Part shown: positions 1-8,435 of the stretch, one piece after another | How positions within the stretch are numbered: position 1 is the first letter of the stretch | Layout: each line of letters starts with the position of its first letter | DNA from: Minisyncoccota bacterium | Lineage (GTDB): Bacteria > Patescibacteriota > Minisyncoccia > Phycocordibacterales > Zambryskibacteraceae | NCBI GenBank assembly: GCA_036517475.1 | Contig: DATDVZ010000009.1 | Coordinates: forward strand, 14,524-78,523 | DNA length: 64,000 nucleotides | Direction: 5' to 3' | Notes under the pieces: model-generated | Databases searched by the model: none | What the model was told of the DNA's origin: nothing | What the model saw: the letters and a program-made list of their open reading frames with translations, nothing else | Made by a program: the position numbers and the translations under genes

Positions 1-221
1 TCAGGAATAAGTTTAAAAAGATCTTTTACAAAACCCCTGCCGATTTCAATATCCACCAATTTACCTTCCTTGGATTTGCCTGAGCTTAGAGAATAATCCC
101 AATGAGGCAATGAATCCAAAAAATAATGGCTAGCGATTCCGGCAAAAAGGGCGCCCACTGGATTTAAGCTGAATACTTTTACCACTGCAGCACCGACAAC
201 TTGATGAGTGGTTAAAACCAT
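1..221 (-). CDS. Partial ORF (N-terminal part, runs off the left edge): membrane-bound metal-dependent hydrolase-like protein (DUF457/YdjM-like)
   Basis: Minus-strand ATG at 221 preceded by a TATAAT-like box. Translation begins MVLTTHQVVGAAVVKVFSLNPVGALFAGIASHYFLDSLPHWDY, which is hydrophobic and has an H..D..H motif. Not in the supplied ORF track because it is truncated. Confidence 0.4.
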   Translation of the reverse strand, partial: MVLTTHQVVGAAVVKVFSLNPVGALFAGIASHYFLDSLPHWDYSLSSGKSKEGKLVDIEIGRGFVKDLFKLIP

Positions 222-258
222 AACGCGAATTATAACGAATTAGATCGAATGATACGAA

Positions 259-957
259 TTACCTCACTGGAATAGTTACCGCTAACTGCTCTAGTAATAG
301 TTTCACTGACGGCGATCGGTCTTCAAGATAACTTTTTGCTTTCATAACTTCACTGAGAATAGATACTGAATCGGGTTCCTGTATTTGATGGCATAGTTCA
401 ATTTCAACTCCATTCAACAGATCGCGAGCCATATTTTTACTCTCTTGTGATGATAACTCTGAATCCTTACCGGCGATTTCCTGTATTTGCTCTAACCTCT
501 CACTTATTTTCGCATCAATAAATTTTCTGCCGATTGTCTTAAGTTTTTTGGAGTCACCACTGAATCTACCGGCAAAAATCAATCTTGAACGCAGAGTTGG
601 TAGAAGTCTTTCGTAAGAATTCAAAATCAAAAAGAAGTGCGTTTCGGATGCAGGTTCTTCAAACACTTTCAATAGTGAGTTCTGGGCCTCAACAGTTATT
701 GAATTTGAAGTGATAATAAAAATCTTCTTCCCTCCGGTAAAAGACCTGTTTGCCTGCCTCTGTGCTATTTCTCTTGCCTCATCAATGCCAAAAGTATCAT
801 AGCTAAGAAGGCTGTAATCCGGATTGCCGGAAATTTCTATCTCAAGGCTATTTTTTAAAAAATCATTTAAATTCTCTAGAATTAATTCCTTTTCTCCCTC
901 AAAGGCATAAGCATGATGGAGATTCCCTTGTTTCCATGAATTAGTTAGTAAATCCAT
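259..957 (-). CDS. holB: DNA polymerase III delta' subunit (clamp-loader HolB)
   Basis: 232 aa. KVFEEP and SRL/SRC-type motifs of clamp-loader delta' are present, and the N-terminus has an NLHHAYAF P-loop-degenerate region. Confidence 0.8.
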   Translation of the reverse strand: MDLLTNSWKQGNLHHAYAFEGEKELILENLNDFLKNSLEIEISGNPDYSLLSYDTFGIDEAREIAQRQANRSFTGGKKIFIITSNSITVEAQNSLLKVFEEPASETHFFLILNSYERLLPTLRSRLIFAGRFSGDSKKLKTIGRKFIDAKISERLEQIQEIAGKDSELSSQESKNMARDLLNGVEIELCHQIQEPDSVSILSEVMKAKSYLEDRSPSVKLLLEQLAVTIPVR

Positions 958-1057
958 AATCTAATTATCTTATTTTTTTTCATCTTTAATAATCTTGACA
1001 ATTAATTATAAAGTGATATATTTTTCAAAGAACTAACCAACTCAACGTGGAGGAATA

Positions 1058-1363
1058 ATGGACTCAACTGATTTGATTGCTGAACTAGAAAAGCAACTTA
1101 AGGCTCTTGGTTTACCGACCAACCCACATGATATCATCGGCCAGCTTTTCCGTTTTGAATGCAAATTGTATACTGAATCGCATATTCTAATTGGACGTAT
1201 TCTTGGTATAGATTTCAGGCCTGGCACTCTTAGACTTCAAGTTTCCAATACTACTGTCGGTCTTTTCACACTCATTGCCATCTACTACGAGGGTGGAAAA
1301 TGGGCTTCATTTATTAAGGCATACAGACATGGTTTCCATGAAGGAAAGTTTCAACTCCTCTAA
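1058..1363 (+). CDS. Hypothetical protein (101 aa)
   Basis: ORF with an AGGAGG-like SD (ggaggaataATG), followed by the rho-independent terminator at 1370-1395. Confidence 0.5.
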   Translation: MDSTDLIAELEKQLKALGLPTNPHDIIGQLFRFECKLYTESHILIGRILGIDFRPGTLRLQVSNTTVGLFTLIAIYYEGGKWASFIKAYRHGFHEGKFQLL

Positions 1364-1369
1364 TCTTCA

Positions 1370-1395
1370 GGCGTGCGTAAGCACGCCTTTTTGTT
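1370..1395 (+). terminator. Rho-independent terminator (GGCGTGC-GTAA-GCACGCC followed by a T-run)
   Basis: Perfect 7-bp GC stem followed by TTTTTGTTT. Confidence 0.7.
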
Positions 1396-1446
1396 TAAAC
1401 TTTTAATACAAACGTTTTAATTTAAAATTTAATTTAAACTCCATTT

Positions 1447-1480
1447 GTAAACATTTTATACGATCGTATAGAATGTTTAC
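1447..1480. promoter_or_regulatory. 34-bp palindrome gtaaacattTTATACGATCGTATAGaatgtttac (operator-like); first of three copies of this family
   Basis: Near-perfect dyad symmetry. The core TATACGATCGTATA recurs at 44718-44749 and 45280-45319. Confidence 0.6.
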
Positions 1481-1540
1481 ATTGCATCTTTATTCCCCAT
1501 TCGTCATTCATCACTCGCTACTCGTTATTCGTCATTCCCT

Positions 1541-1576
1541 TTCTATTCTAATGTTCTCAAGAACATTAGAATAGAA
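1541..1576. repeat. 36-bp perfect inverted repeat (16-bp arms, 4-nt spacer) 50 nt downstream of mreB
   Basis: ttctattctaatgttc-tcaa-gaacattagaatagaa. There is no flanking U-run on either strand, so it is not a canonical terminator. Confidence 0.6.
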
Positions 1577-1625
1577 AATTCGTGTCATTCTTCCGCCAGC
1601 TGACGGATCGTTCACAACACTCGCG

Positions 1626-2639
1626 TCATCGCTTAGCAATAATGCTCTTTTTATATGTGTCTAAGTGCTCCAATGCAATTCCAGTTCCTCTAGCTACACA
1701 ATATAAAGGCTCTTTTGCAAGGACTGCCTTTACTCCAGTTCGGCGAAAAACTAATTCTGGAAAATTCGGAAGCTGTGATGTGCCTCCTGTCATAATAATT
1801 CCCCGATCAATTATGTCAGAAGAGAGTTCCGGCGGAGTATCCTGTAGAACATCTTTAATGGCTTTTATAATTTCCCGCAATTCCCTGCTAATTGCCTTTA
1901 CCACTTCATTGGTCTTTATATCCACCGAGCGCGGAAGCCCAAGTACATAGTCCCTGCCTTTAATAGTCATTGTAAGCTCCTCATCAAGAGGTATAGCTGA
2001 ACCTATTTTAATTTTAATTTCCTCCGCTGTCCTATCGCCTATTGCCAAGTTATAAGTTCTTTTAATATGATCTGCTATTGCAGAATCAATTTTATTCCCG
2101 GCAACTTTAACAGAAGTTGATGCCACTATCCCACCAAGCGATATTACTGCAACATCCGTTGTTCCTCCTCCAATATCAACAATCATATGTCCTATTGGTT
2201 CATGAATAGGAATACCGGCGCCAATTGCAGCCAAAATCGGCTCTTTGACAACATAAGCGCTTTTTGCTCCCGCTTTTATCGCCGCCTCTACCACGGCGCG
2301 CCTCTCTGTTGAAGTGACTCCTGCTGGAACAGAAATTAAAACTTCTGGCTTGGCAATACTCCATTTGCCCAAAGATTTATTTATGTAATAGCGTAGCATT
2401 GCCTCGGTTACCCTGTAGTCTGCAATTACTCCGTCTTTCATTGGTCTGTAGGCAACGATTGAATCGGGAGTCTTGCCTATCATTTTCTTAGCATCAAGCC
2501 CGATTGCCAGAATTTTATTGTCCTCCTCTGAAATAGCCACAACGGACGGCTCGTTTAGAACAATCCCCTTTCCGGGAACGAATACCAATACAGAGGTTGT
2601 GCCCAAATCAATCCCTAATTTTTTAGACAGAATAGCCAT
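1626..2639 (-). CDS. mreB: Rod-shape-determining protein MreB (actin homologue)
   Basis: 337 aa. The GIDLGTTS phosphate-1 motif, the DIGGGTTD adenosine/phosphate-2 motif and overall MreB architecture are present. Confidence 0.93.
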   Translation of the reverse strand: MAILSKKLGIDLGTTSVLVFVPGKGIVLNEPSVVAISEEDNKILAIGLDAKKMIGKTPDSIVAYRPMKDGVIADYRVTEAMLRYYINKSLGKWSIAKPEVLISVPAGVTSTERRAVVEAAIKAGAKSAYVVKEPILAAIGAGIPIHEPIGHMIVDIGGGTTDVAVISLGGIVASTSVKVAGNKIDSAIADHIKRTYNLAIGDRTAEEIKIKIGSAIPLDEELTMTIKGRDYVLGLPRSVDIKTNEVVKAISRELREIIKAIKDVLQDTPPELSSDIIDRGIIMTGGTSQLPNFPELVFRRTGVKAVLAKEPLYCVARGTGIALEHLDTYKKSIIAKR

Positions 2640-2740
2640 TAATATTGCATTTAGCTTACCGTGCCCGTTAGAAATTTGCCAGAGGGTAAATTTCTTTCGG
2701 GAAGCTTAAAGCTTCAAATTTCAAGTTATTATATTAGATA

Positions 2741-2945
2741 TGAATCCCGTTAGAGATTATTTGGTTGATAAACTTAGTTATATTAATAATAATTAACATC
2801 ATCTATTATTTAATAGGTATTACAATCATTTACGGAAGTGCTTAAAAATTAAATCATTTTATTTATTAAATAGTCGCTTAATTTTTTGAGAGAAAAGTGT
2901 TTAATATAAACTATAGTGAGCACTTTCTATCTCTAACGGGATGAA
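2741..2945. mobile_element. MITE-like segment bounded by inverted 19-20 nt termini (tgaatcccgttagagatta ... ctatctctaacgggatgaa); copy A
   Basis: The termini are identical to those of the segment at 21960-22137 but in opposite order. The interior is AT-rich and non-coding. The right terminus contains the priA ATG. Confidence 0.45.
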
Positions 2946-4839
2946 ACTCTACGAGGTAATTCCAATTGCAAAAGGAATCAGCAGAGAAACGTTGTCATAT
3001 TTTGGTGGAGACAACATAGAGCTTGGAGCTTTGGTATCAATACCTCTGCGTAAAAAAAATATAAATGCTCTTGTAGTTGGGAGTAGTGAGGTAGTAAATG
3101 AAAGAGCAAAAATTAGAACTTCTCCATATAAACTGCGAAAAATAGAAAAAGTTCTTTCAAAGAATTTTATAACTCCAGCATTTTTTGAGTCAGCAAAAGA
3201 AACTGCGCAATATTTTGGAACAACTACTGGCGCGGTACTCGGACATGTCCTGCCAAAACAAATAATAGAGGAATCAATCAGGAAAAATGGAAAGGAGAAA
3301 AGCGAAAGGAGAAAAGAGAATTTAACCAGGGAGCCACTAGTTTTTCAGACAGAAAATGAGGAGAGAATTGCGCACTATAAGAGTCTTATCAGAGAAGAAT
3401 TTGCTAGAAACTCATCAGTATTCATCTGCCTACCAACAATAGAAGATATAAATTTTTACAAAATATTACTCGGAAAGGGAATAGAGAAATACACAGCAAT
3501 CCTTAATAGCTCTCTCACAAAAAAAGAATTCGCTAATCAGATAAAAAAAATTCACGACGAGGATCACCCTGTTTTGATACTCGGAACTCCTCCATTTTTA
3601 TCAATCCAGAGGAAGGATATTTCTACAATAGTTCTAGACAGAGAAAACTCGCGCGGATACCGCACACAATCAAGGCCATTCATTGACTTGAGATATTTTG
3701 TTGAAAAATTCGCCAAGAACCACAAAAACAGACTGATTCTGGCTGACTGCGTGCTTTCCATTGAGACAATGTTTAGATTCAAAAATGAGCAATTTCAAGA
3801 ATATTTTTCTGTAAAAACCAGATATCCCTCTCAGGCAAATGCAATGCTCATAAAAATGAATAAAAAACGAGATGACACTGAAAAGGAGAAAAGTGAATTT
3901 AAGATATTATCTAGAGAATTGGAATCATTAATTGATAGGAATATTGCCGACAATGAAAAACTTATTATTTTTGGAGCCAGAAAAGGACTCTCCCCCATCA
4001 CCCTTTGCGGTGATTGCGGGCAGAGTGTCTCGTGTCCGCGTTGCCAAACGCCTATGGTTTTATACGGCAAAGAGGCGGCAAATTACTTTAAATGCAACCG
4101 ATGCACAGAAACGCTCTCAAGCGACCAAAAGTGCTCAAACTGCGGCGGTTGGAGGCTGATGACATTGGGAGTTGCAGTGGAAAATGTTGAAAAAGAAATA
4201 AAAAAGAAGTTTACTGAAGCAAAAATTTTTAGATTGGACAGGGAAAATGTAAAAACAGATAAGAAGGCCAGAGACTTGGTAAAAAAATTTATAGCGGAAC
4301 CCGGCTCAATACTTCTTGGCACGGAACTGATGCTGCTTCAATACAAAGGCAAGACAGAAAATGTTGCTGTGGCTTCAATTGATTCCCTAATATCTTTACC
4401 TGATTTTAGAATAAATGAAAGAATTTTTTATTTGTTAATTGCTCTTCGTGCGCGCGCGCAGAATGTTTTTGTAATTCAGACCAGAAATCCGGAAAATAAA
4501 ATCTTTGAGCATGCTCTAAGCGGAAATCTCAACGAATTTTTTAATCAGGAAATCAAGGATAGGAAAGAATTTAATTATCCGCCTTTTTCCTTGATTATTA
4601 AATTGTCCCTGGAGGGAAGGAAACCGACAGTCTCAAATGAGGCTCAAAAGATTGCTTTGCTTTTAAACAAATGGAGTCCCACCCCTTTTCAAGGTGAGCC
4701 CAGTAAACGGGGAAATGCAGTTATGAATATATTACTGCGTCTCAAACCCGAAAATTGGCCAAACGAAGAGCTTTTGAGAATTTTAATATCATTGCCTCAG
4801 CAAGTCGCAATTCGTATTGATCCTGAAAGTCTACTGTAA
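2941..4839 (+). CDS. priA: Primosomal protein N' (PriA-like) with a Cys-rich zinc-binding region; no recognisable Walker A
   Basis: 632 aa. The CGDCGQSVSCPRCQ...CNRC...CSNCGG zinc ribbon pair and a C-terminal region typical of PriA are present, along with an N-terminal 3'-DNA-binding-like segment. No GxGKT motif was found. Confidence 0.7.
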   Translation: MKLYEVIPIAKGISRETLSYFGGDNIELGALVSIPLRKKNINALVVGSSEVVNERAKIRTSPYKLRKIEKVLSKNFITPAFFESAKETAQYFGTTTGAVLGHVLPKQIIEESIRKNGKEKSERRKENLTREPLVFQTENEERIAHYKSLIREEFARNSSVFICLPTIEDINFYKILLGKGIEKYTAILNSSLTKKEFANQIKKIHDEDHPVLILGTPPFLSIQRKDISTIVLDRENSRGYRTQSRPFIDLRYFVEKFAKNHKNRLILADCVLSIETMFRFKNEQFQEYFSVKTRYPSQANAMLIKMNKKRDDTEKEKSEFKILSRELESLIDRNIADNEKLIIFGARKGLSPITLCGDCGQSVSCPRCQTPMVLYGKEAANYFKCNRCTETLSSDQKCSNCGGWRLMTLGVAVENVEKEIKKKFTEAKIFRLDRENVKTDKKARDLVKKFIAEPGSILLGTELMLLQYKGKTENVAVASIDSLISLPDFRINERIFYLLIALRARAQNVFVIQTRNPENKIFEHALSGNLNEFFNQEIKDRKEFNYPPFSLIIKLSLEGRKPTVSNEAQKIALLLNKWSPTPFQGEPSKRGNAVMNILLRLKPENWPNEELLRILISLPQQVAIRIDPESLL

Positions 4840-4918
4840 TAACTACTATTGACATAAAGATAAATTGTATGGTAGAAAGAAAGCGGATTTATTAGGTTCT
4901 TTCACATAAGGAGGAGAA

Positions 4919-6067
4919 ATGAAATACCTGCTCTGCGCTCTTGCCTGCTTTGGCGTCTTTTCCATTAATGCCTGCAGTGATAATGATGACCCCTGCTCCG
5001 TGCACTCTTCTGAAGACAATTTGACCGATGATGAAAGAGATGCTCAGTGCGGTGGCCAGCTGGCTGAAGTTCCTGAAAGTGAAATTTACACTTACGCGGA
5101 AAAGCCGGTAAATGTAGCAACAAAAGTGGAGGACAGCACTCCGGCAGATCCCGTAAAGCAATATCAAAGAGCTGCGTTACTAACATCCGAGGCTCTAAAT
5201 ACAATTGATGAGTATCAAAAAGCTGACAGACTAGTTGAAGCCATCAGACTCTATCTTTTGGCGGCGCGTGAAATGCCCAGAGAAGTATCATCTGATCTAA
5301 AACAAACGATCGATGCTTTGTTTGCGATCGACAGTCTGATGGACAGTAACTTTGGGACCACTTCCTACGGTCCGCATGGAGAAGTACTCAAATACTTGCT
5401 TGAGGCGTGGGACGAGGGTGTTGATACCAAGATTACTCGTCCTCTTCTTAATCGGTATATGCGAGCAAATTTGGCGATAGTGAGAAGGACGGGATTTAAT
5501 CCAGCTCTGCGTTACCGTGATGAGGACGAGGCTAAGCGGAGTTATAAGCAGCAGTTCCCTGCTTGTCATTACATTGTCGGAGAGATTGTGGCTATCTATG
5601 AGATCACGCGTCGTCTTCAGACTTCTGATGCAAAACTTTGGAAACGCCATAACGTGGATCTCTTAACTACAGACAATATATGCGAGGGCAACAGAAGCAA
5701 TGTTGATGAAGAAGCCAGAGAAGCGGGTTACCACGAGTACATTGAAATGAATCTTATTGAAGATGCGCAGCGTGTATCACGTGAAGCTGCTGCTCACTAT
5801 CTCTCGAAATTCGCAATGGGACACTACAGTGATTTTTCCGGAAAAGTTTTTCCGCCCCCAGGTGATTCAATGTTTTTTGAAAAAGCCAAGATGTGGCTTG
5901 AAAGGATTACTAACAAAGCCACACGACTAAAACTCATTAGATATCAAGCAAGACATACCGAGAGCTTCAAGGAGTTCAAGACAGCATCAATCCTCTACGA
6001 AATGCTTGGCGATTCAGTGAACACGCGCCGCATGCGAATGCTTGCGGAGGCAAATCTTTCGAGATAA
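4919..6067 (+). CDS. Hypothetical lipoprotein/secreted protein (382 aa), GC-rich relative to neighbours
   Basis: Signal peptide with a lipobox-like LCALACFGVFSINAC. Strong SD (aaggaggagaaATG). Terminated by the hairpin at 6079-6106. Confidence 0.6.
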   Translation: MKYLLCALACFGVFSINACSDNDDPCSVHSSEDNLTDDERDAQCGGQLAEVPESEIYTYAEKPVNVATKVEDSTPADPVKQYQRAALLTSEALNTIDEYQKADRLVEAIRLYLLAAREMPREVSSDLKQTIDALFAIDSLMDSNFGTTSYGPHGEVLKYLLEAWDEGVDTKITRPLLNRYMRANLAIVRRTGFNPALRYRDEDEAKRSYKQQFPACHYIVGEIVAIYEITRRLQTSDAKLWKRHNVDLLTTDNICEGNRSNVDEEAREAGYHEYIEMNLIEDAQRVSREAAAHYLSKFAMGHYSDFSGKVFPPPGDSMFFEKAKMWLERITNKATRLKLIRYQARHTESFKEFKTASILYEMLGDSVNTRRMRMLAEANLSR

Positions 6068-6078
6068 TAGCTTTATCG

Positions 6079-6106
6079 GCCCCGACTTTGCAATCGGGGC
6101 TTTTTT
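6079..6106 (+). terminator. Rho-independent terminator (GCCCCGA-loop-TCGGGGC followed by TTTTTT)
   Basis: 7-bp GC stem, 8-nt loop and a T6 run. Confidence 0.7.
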
Positions 6107-6129
6107 CTTAATAAGTTTATGATAAAGTT

Positions 6130-6663
6130 TTGCCAATGGTTAGAATAATCCAAAAAGAAAATAAAATTCTAAGACAGACAGCAAAAGAGGTCTCAAAAAG
6201 TGAAATTGGGACTTTCAAACTGAAAAAAATTATTTCCGATATGAAAAAGGCACTCAAAACTCAAGGCGACGGGGTTGCTTTGGCTGCCCCACAGATTGGT
6301 ATATCAAAAAGAATATTTGTCGTATCAGGAAAAGTTAGCGCATACACAAAAGGAGAGGATGTTACAAAACACAATTACCCCGATTCGGTTTTTATTAACC
6401 CAAAAATTATTAAACTTTCAAAAGAAAAAAGTGAGATGGAAGAGGGTTGTCTTTCAGTAAGATACCTTTACGGAAAGGTGAAAAGATCCGTCAAGGCAGT
6501 TGTTACTTACACTGACGAGAGTGGTAAACAACATCAAAAAGGTGCCTCAGGACTGCTTGCCCAGATTTTTCAGCACGAAACTGACCATCTCAACGGGGTG
6601 CTTTTTACCGACAAAGCAAAAGATTTAAAAGAGATACCACCAGAATTATTAAATAAAAAATGA
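6130..6663 (+). CDS. def: Peptide deformylase
   Basis: The three PDF motifs are present: GVALAAPQIG, EGCLSV and HETDHLNG. Confidence 0.93.
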   Translation: MPMVRIIQKENKILRQTAKEVSKSEIGTFKLKKIISDMKKALKTQGDGVALAAPQIGISKRIFVVSGKVSAYTKGEDVTKHNYPDSVFINPKIIKLSKEKSEMEEGCLSVRYLYGKVKRSVKAVVTYTDESGKQHQKGASGLLAQIFQHETDHLNGVLFTDKAKDLKEIPPELLNKK

Positions 6664-6753
6664 AAAAGTAAAAATAAAAATTACAATGCAAAAATCAAAA
6701 AATTTTTTATTTTTAATTTGTATTTTTGATATTTGAATTTTAATTTTTAATAT

Positions 6754-7608
6754 ATGAAATTTATCTTCTTCGGTACAACTGATTTTTCTATAAAAATTCT
6801 TGAGAAACTCAAGGAGAAAGATTGGTTGCCAAAATTAATTGTCACAAAAGAAGATAAACCCAAAGGAAGGAATCTCACTTTGACTGCCCCAGCCGTTAAG
6901 ATGTGGGCAACTACTAACAACATTGACTACTTACAACCGACAACACTTAAGAACACCGAATTCATAAAGAATCTGTCAGTTGTTAGTTGTGAGTTATATG
7001 TTGTTTGTGATTTTGGTAAAATAATTCCAAAAGAGGTTCTAGACATACCAAAACACGGAGTTATTAACGTCCACCCTTCCCTTCTGCCAAAACTTCGTGG
7101 CGCTTCCCCCATTGAAAGCGCAATACTTTATGAAAATGAAACGGGAGTTTCAATAATGAAAATGGACGAGGAAATGGACCATGGACCAATACTTTCACAA
7201 AAGAAAGTTATAGAGTGGCAATCTGATAATCCTCCGTATGCAGGAGTTTTAGAGAAAATTTTAGCTGAAGAAGGAGGAAACCTTCTTATTGAGACACTGC
7301 CAAAATATTTAACAGGAGAAATCAAACCCACAATACAAGATGAAAACAAAGCAACATTCACAAAGAAAATAATAAAAGAAGACGCCTTAATAAATCTTGA
7401 GGAGAGCCCCCAAGACAATCTAAGGAAGATCAGGGCATATCATATTTGGCCGAGAGCTTACATATATTTTGAATCAAAAGGAAAAAAAATAAGGACAATA
7501 ATTTCAAAGGCAAAAATTGATAATGGTGAACTGGTTATAGAAAAAGTTATACCTGAGGGGAAAAAAGAGATGGATTTTATTGATTTTAAAAACGGCTATT
7601 TGAGATAA
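6754..7608 (+). CDS. fmt: Methionyl-tRNA formyltransferase
   Basis: The Fmt HPSLLPKLRGASPIESAIL motif and N-terminal formyltransferase fold pattern are present. Conserved def-fmt synteny. Confidence 0.92.
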   Translation: MKFIFFGTTDFSIKILEKLKEKDWLPKLIVTKEDKPKGRNLTLTAPAVKMWATTNNIDYLQPTTLKNTEFIKNLSVVSCELYVVCDFGKIIPKEVLDIPKHGVINVHPSLLPKLRGASPIESAILYENETGVSIMKMDEEMDHGPILSQKKVIEWQSDNPPYAGVLEKILAEEGGNLLIETLPKYLTGEIKPTIQDENKATFTKKIIKEDALINLEESPQDNLRKIRAYHIWPRAYIYFESKGKKIRTIISKAKIDNGELVIEKVIPEGKKEMDFIDFKNGYLR

Positions 7609-7631
7609 AGTAATTCGTTGTTAGTTGCTCG

Positions 7632-7699
7632 CCCTGTTAAATAACCCAGCACTTAGTAAGCTAAGTGCTGGGTTCCCGCATTAGCGGGATTTAACAGAG
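7632..7699. repeat. Nested-palindrome micro-element, copy 1 (CCCTGTTAAATAA-[hairpin]-TT-CCCGCattaGCGGG-ATTTAACAGAG)
   Basis: Same framework as 41118-41173 with a different inner hairpin. Lies downstream of fmt. Confidence 0.55.
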
Positions 7700-7859
7700 T
7701 AAATTGTTAGTTGTTTGCTACTGGAATTACAGGATAATATGAGGCCTGAACTTTTTCCTCTGTTTTAACAAGAAATTGCAATATCAAAATCAGCCCGAGA
7801 ATGCCAATAAGAATTCCTAATGATATTTGTGAATTGATTTTTTTATTGAGGTCCATATT

Positions 7860-8231
7860 CTATTTCCAAAAATCCAAACCTTTGATTAAATTTTTTATTT
7901 TCAATGCGCCCTTTTTCATTATCGTAATCCTCTTTTCTTTATTAGATTTTAGCTTCTGAAGTATTTCATCTTTTACTTCATCAATTGCAGAATATAAATC
8001 ACTCTTTTCTGAAACCGCATAGAAATTTTTACCCCCGCATGTAAGGTTCACTTCTGCCTTAAAGACGTTTCCTGACTTATGATGCTCTGTGGTTTTGCCA
8101 ACTTCCACCTCACAGAGTGAATTCATACTGTCCCTGCCCAAAAATTTATTAAATGCTCCTAAACGTTTTTCAATATATTTCTCAATTTCAGGAGTTAATT
8201 CAATATGAGTGGTCTTTATGTTAATCCGCAT
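7860..8231 (-). CDS. hpf: Ribosome hibernation-promoting factor (HPF/RaiA/YfiA family)
   Basis: MRINIKTTHIELTPEIEKYIEKRL ... EVEVGKT..H... is typical of HPF. The start was moved to the internal Met because the upstream 36 nt form a terminator hairpin. Confidence 0.85.
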   Translation of the reverse strand: MRINIKTTHIELTPEIEKYIEKRLGAFNKFLGRDSMNSLCEVEVGKTTEHHKSGNVFKAEVNLTCGGKNFYAVSEKSDLYSAIDEVKDEILQKLKSNKEKRITIMKKGALKIKNLIKGLDFWK

Positions 8232-8244
8232 ATATTTATATTTT

Positions 8245-8279
8245 ACTAAAATAAGCGCTCTTCTCAAAGAAGAGCGCTT
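8245..8279 (-). terminator. Hairpin terminator between the small upstream ORF and hpf (AAGCGCTCTTC-loop-GAAGAGCGCTT)
   Basis: 11-bp perfect stem. On the minus strand it is followed by ATTTT. Confidence 0.5.
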
Positions 8280-8288
8280 GCAAGGAGT

Positions 8289-8435
8289 TTATTTCGATTT
8301 CTTCTCTGCCTCGGCAGCATCCTTTTTAGCTGCTTCAGCGGCTTTCTCATGAACTTCGGCTTCCCCCTTCTTTGCTTCCGCTAGGTCCTTCTGTACTTCC
8401 TTGACTCTTTCGGCCGCTTTTTGTTCTTCTGACAT
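8289..8435 (-). CDS. Small Lys/Ala/Glu-rich protein (48 aa), below the ORF-track cutoff
   Basis: Perfect SD (aggaggatatATG). Translation is MSEEQKAAERVKEVQKDLAEAKKGEAEVHEKAAEAAKKDAAEAEKKSK. Followed by the hairpin terminator. Confidence 0.4.
   Translation of the reverse strand: MSEEQKAAERVKEVQKDLAEAKKGEAEVHEKAAEAAKKDAAEAEKKSK

Noticed and set aside
1582-1950. 122-aa plus-strand ORF
   Set aside because: It is antisense within the highly conserved mreB coding sequence. It has no SD and its composition is unlike a real protein.
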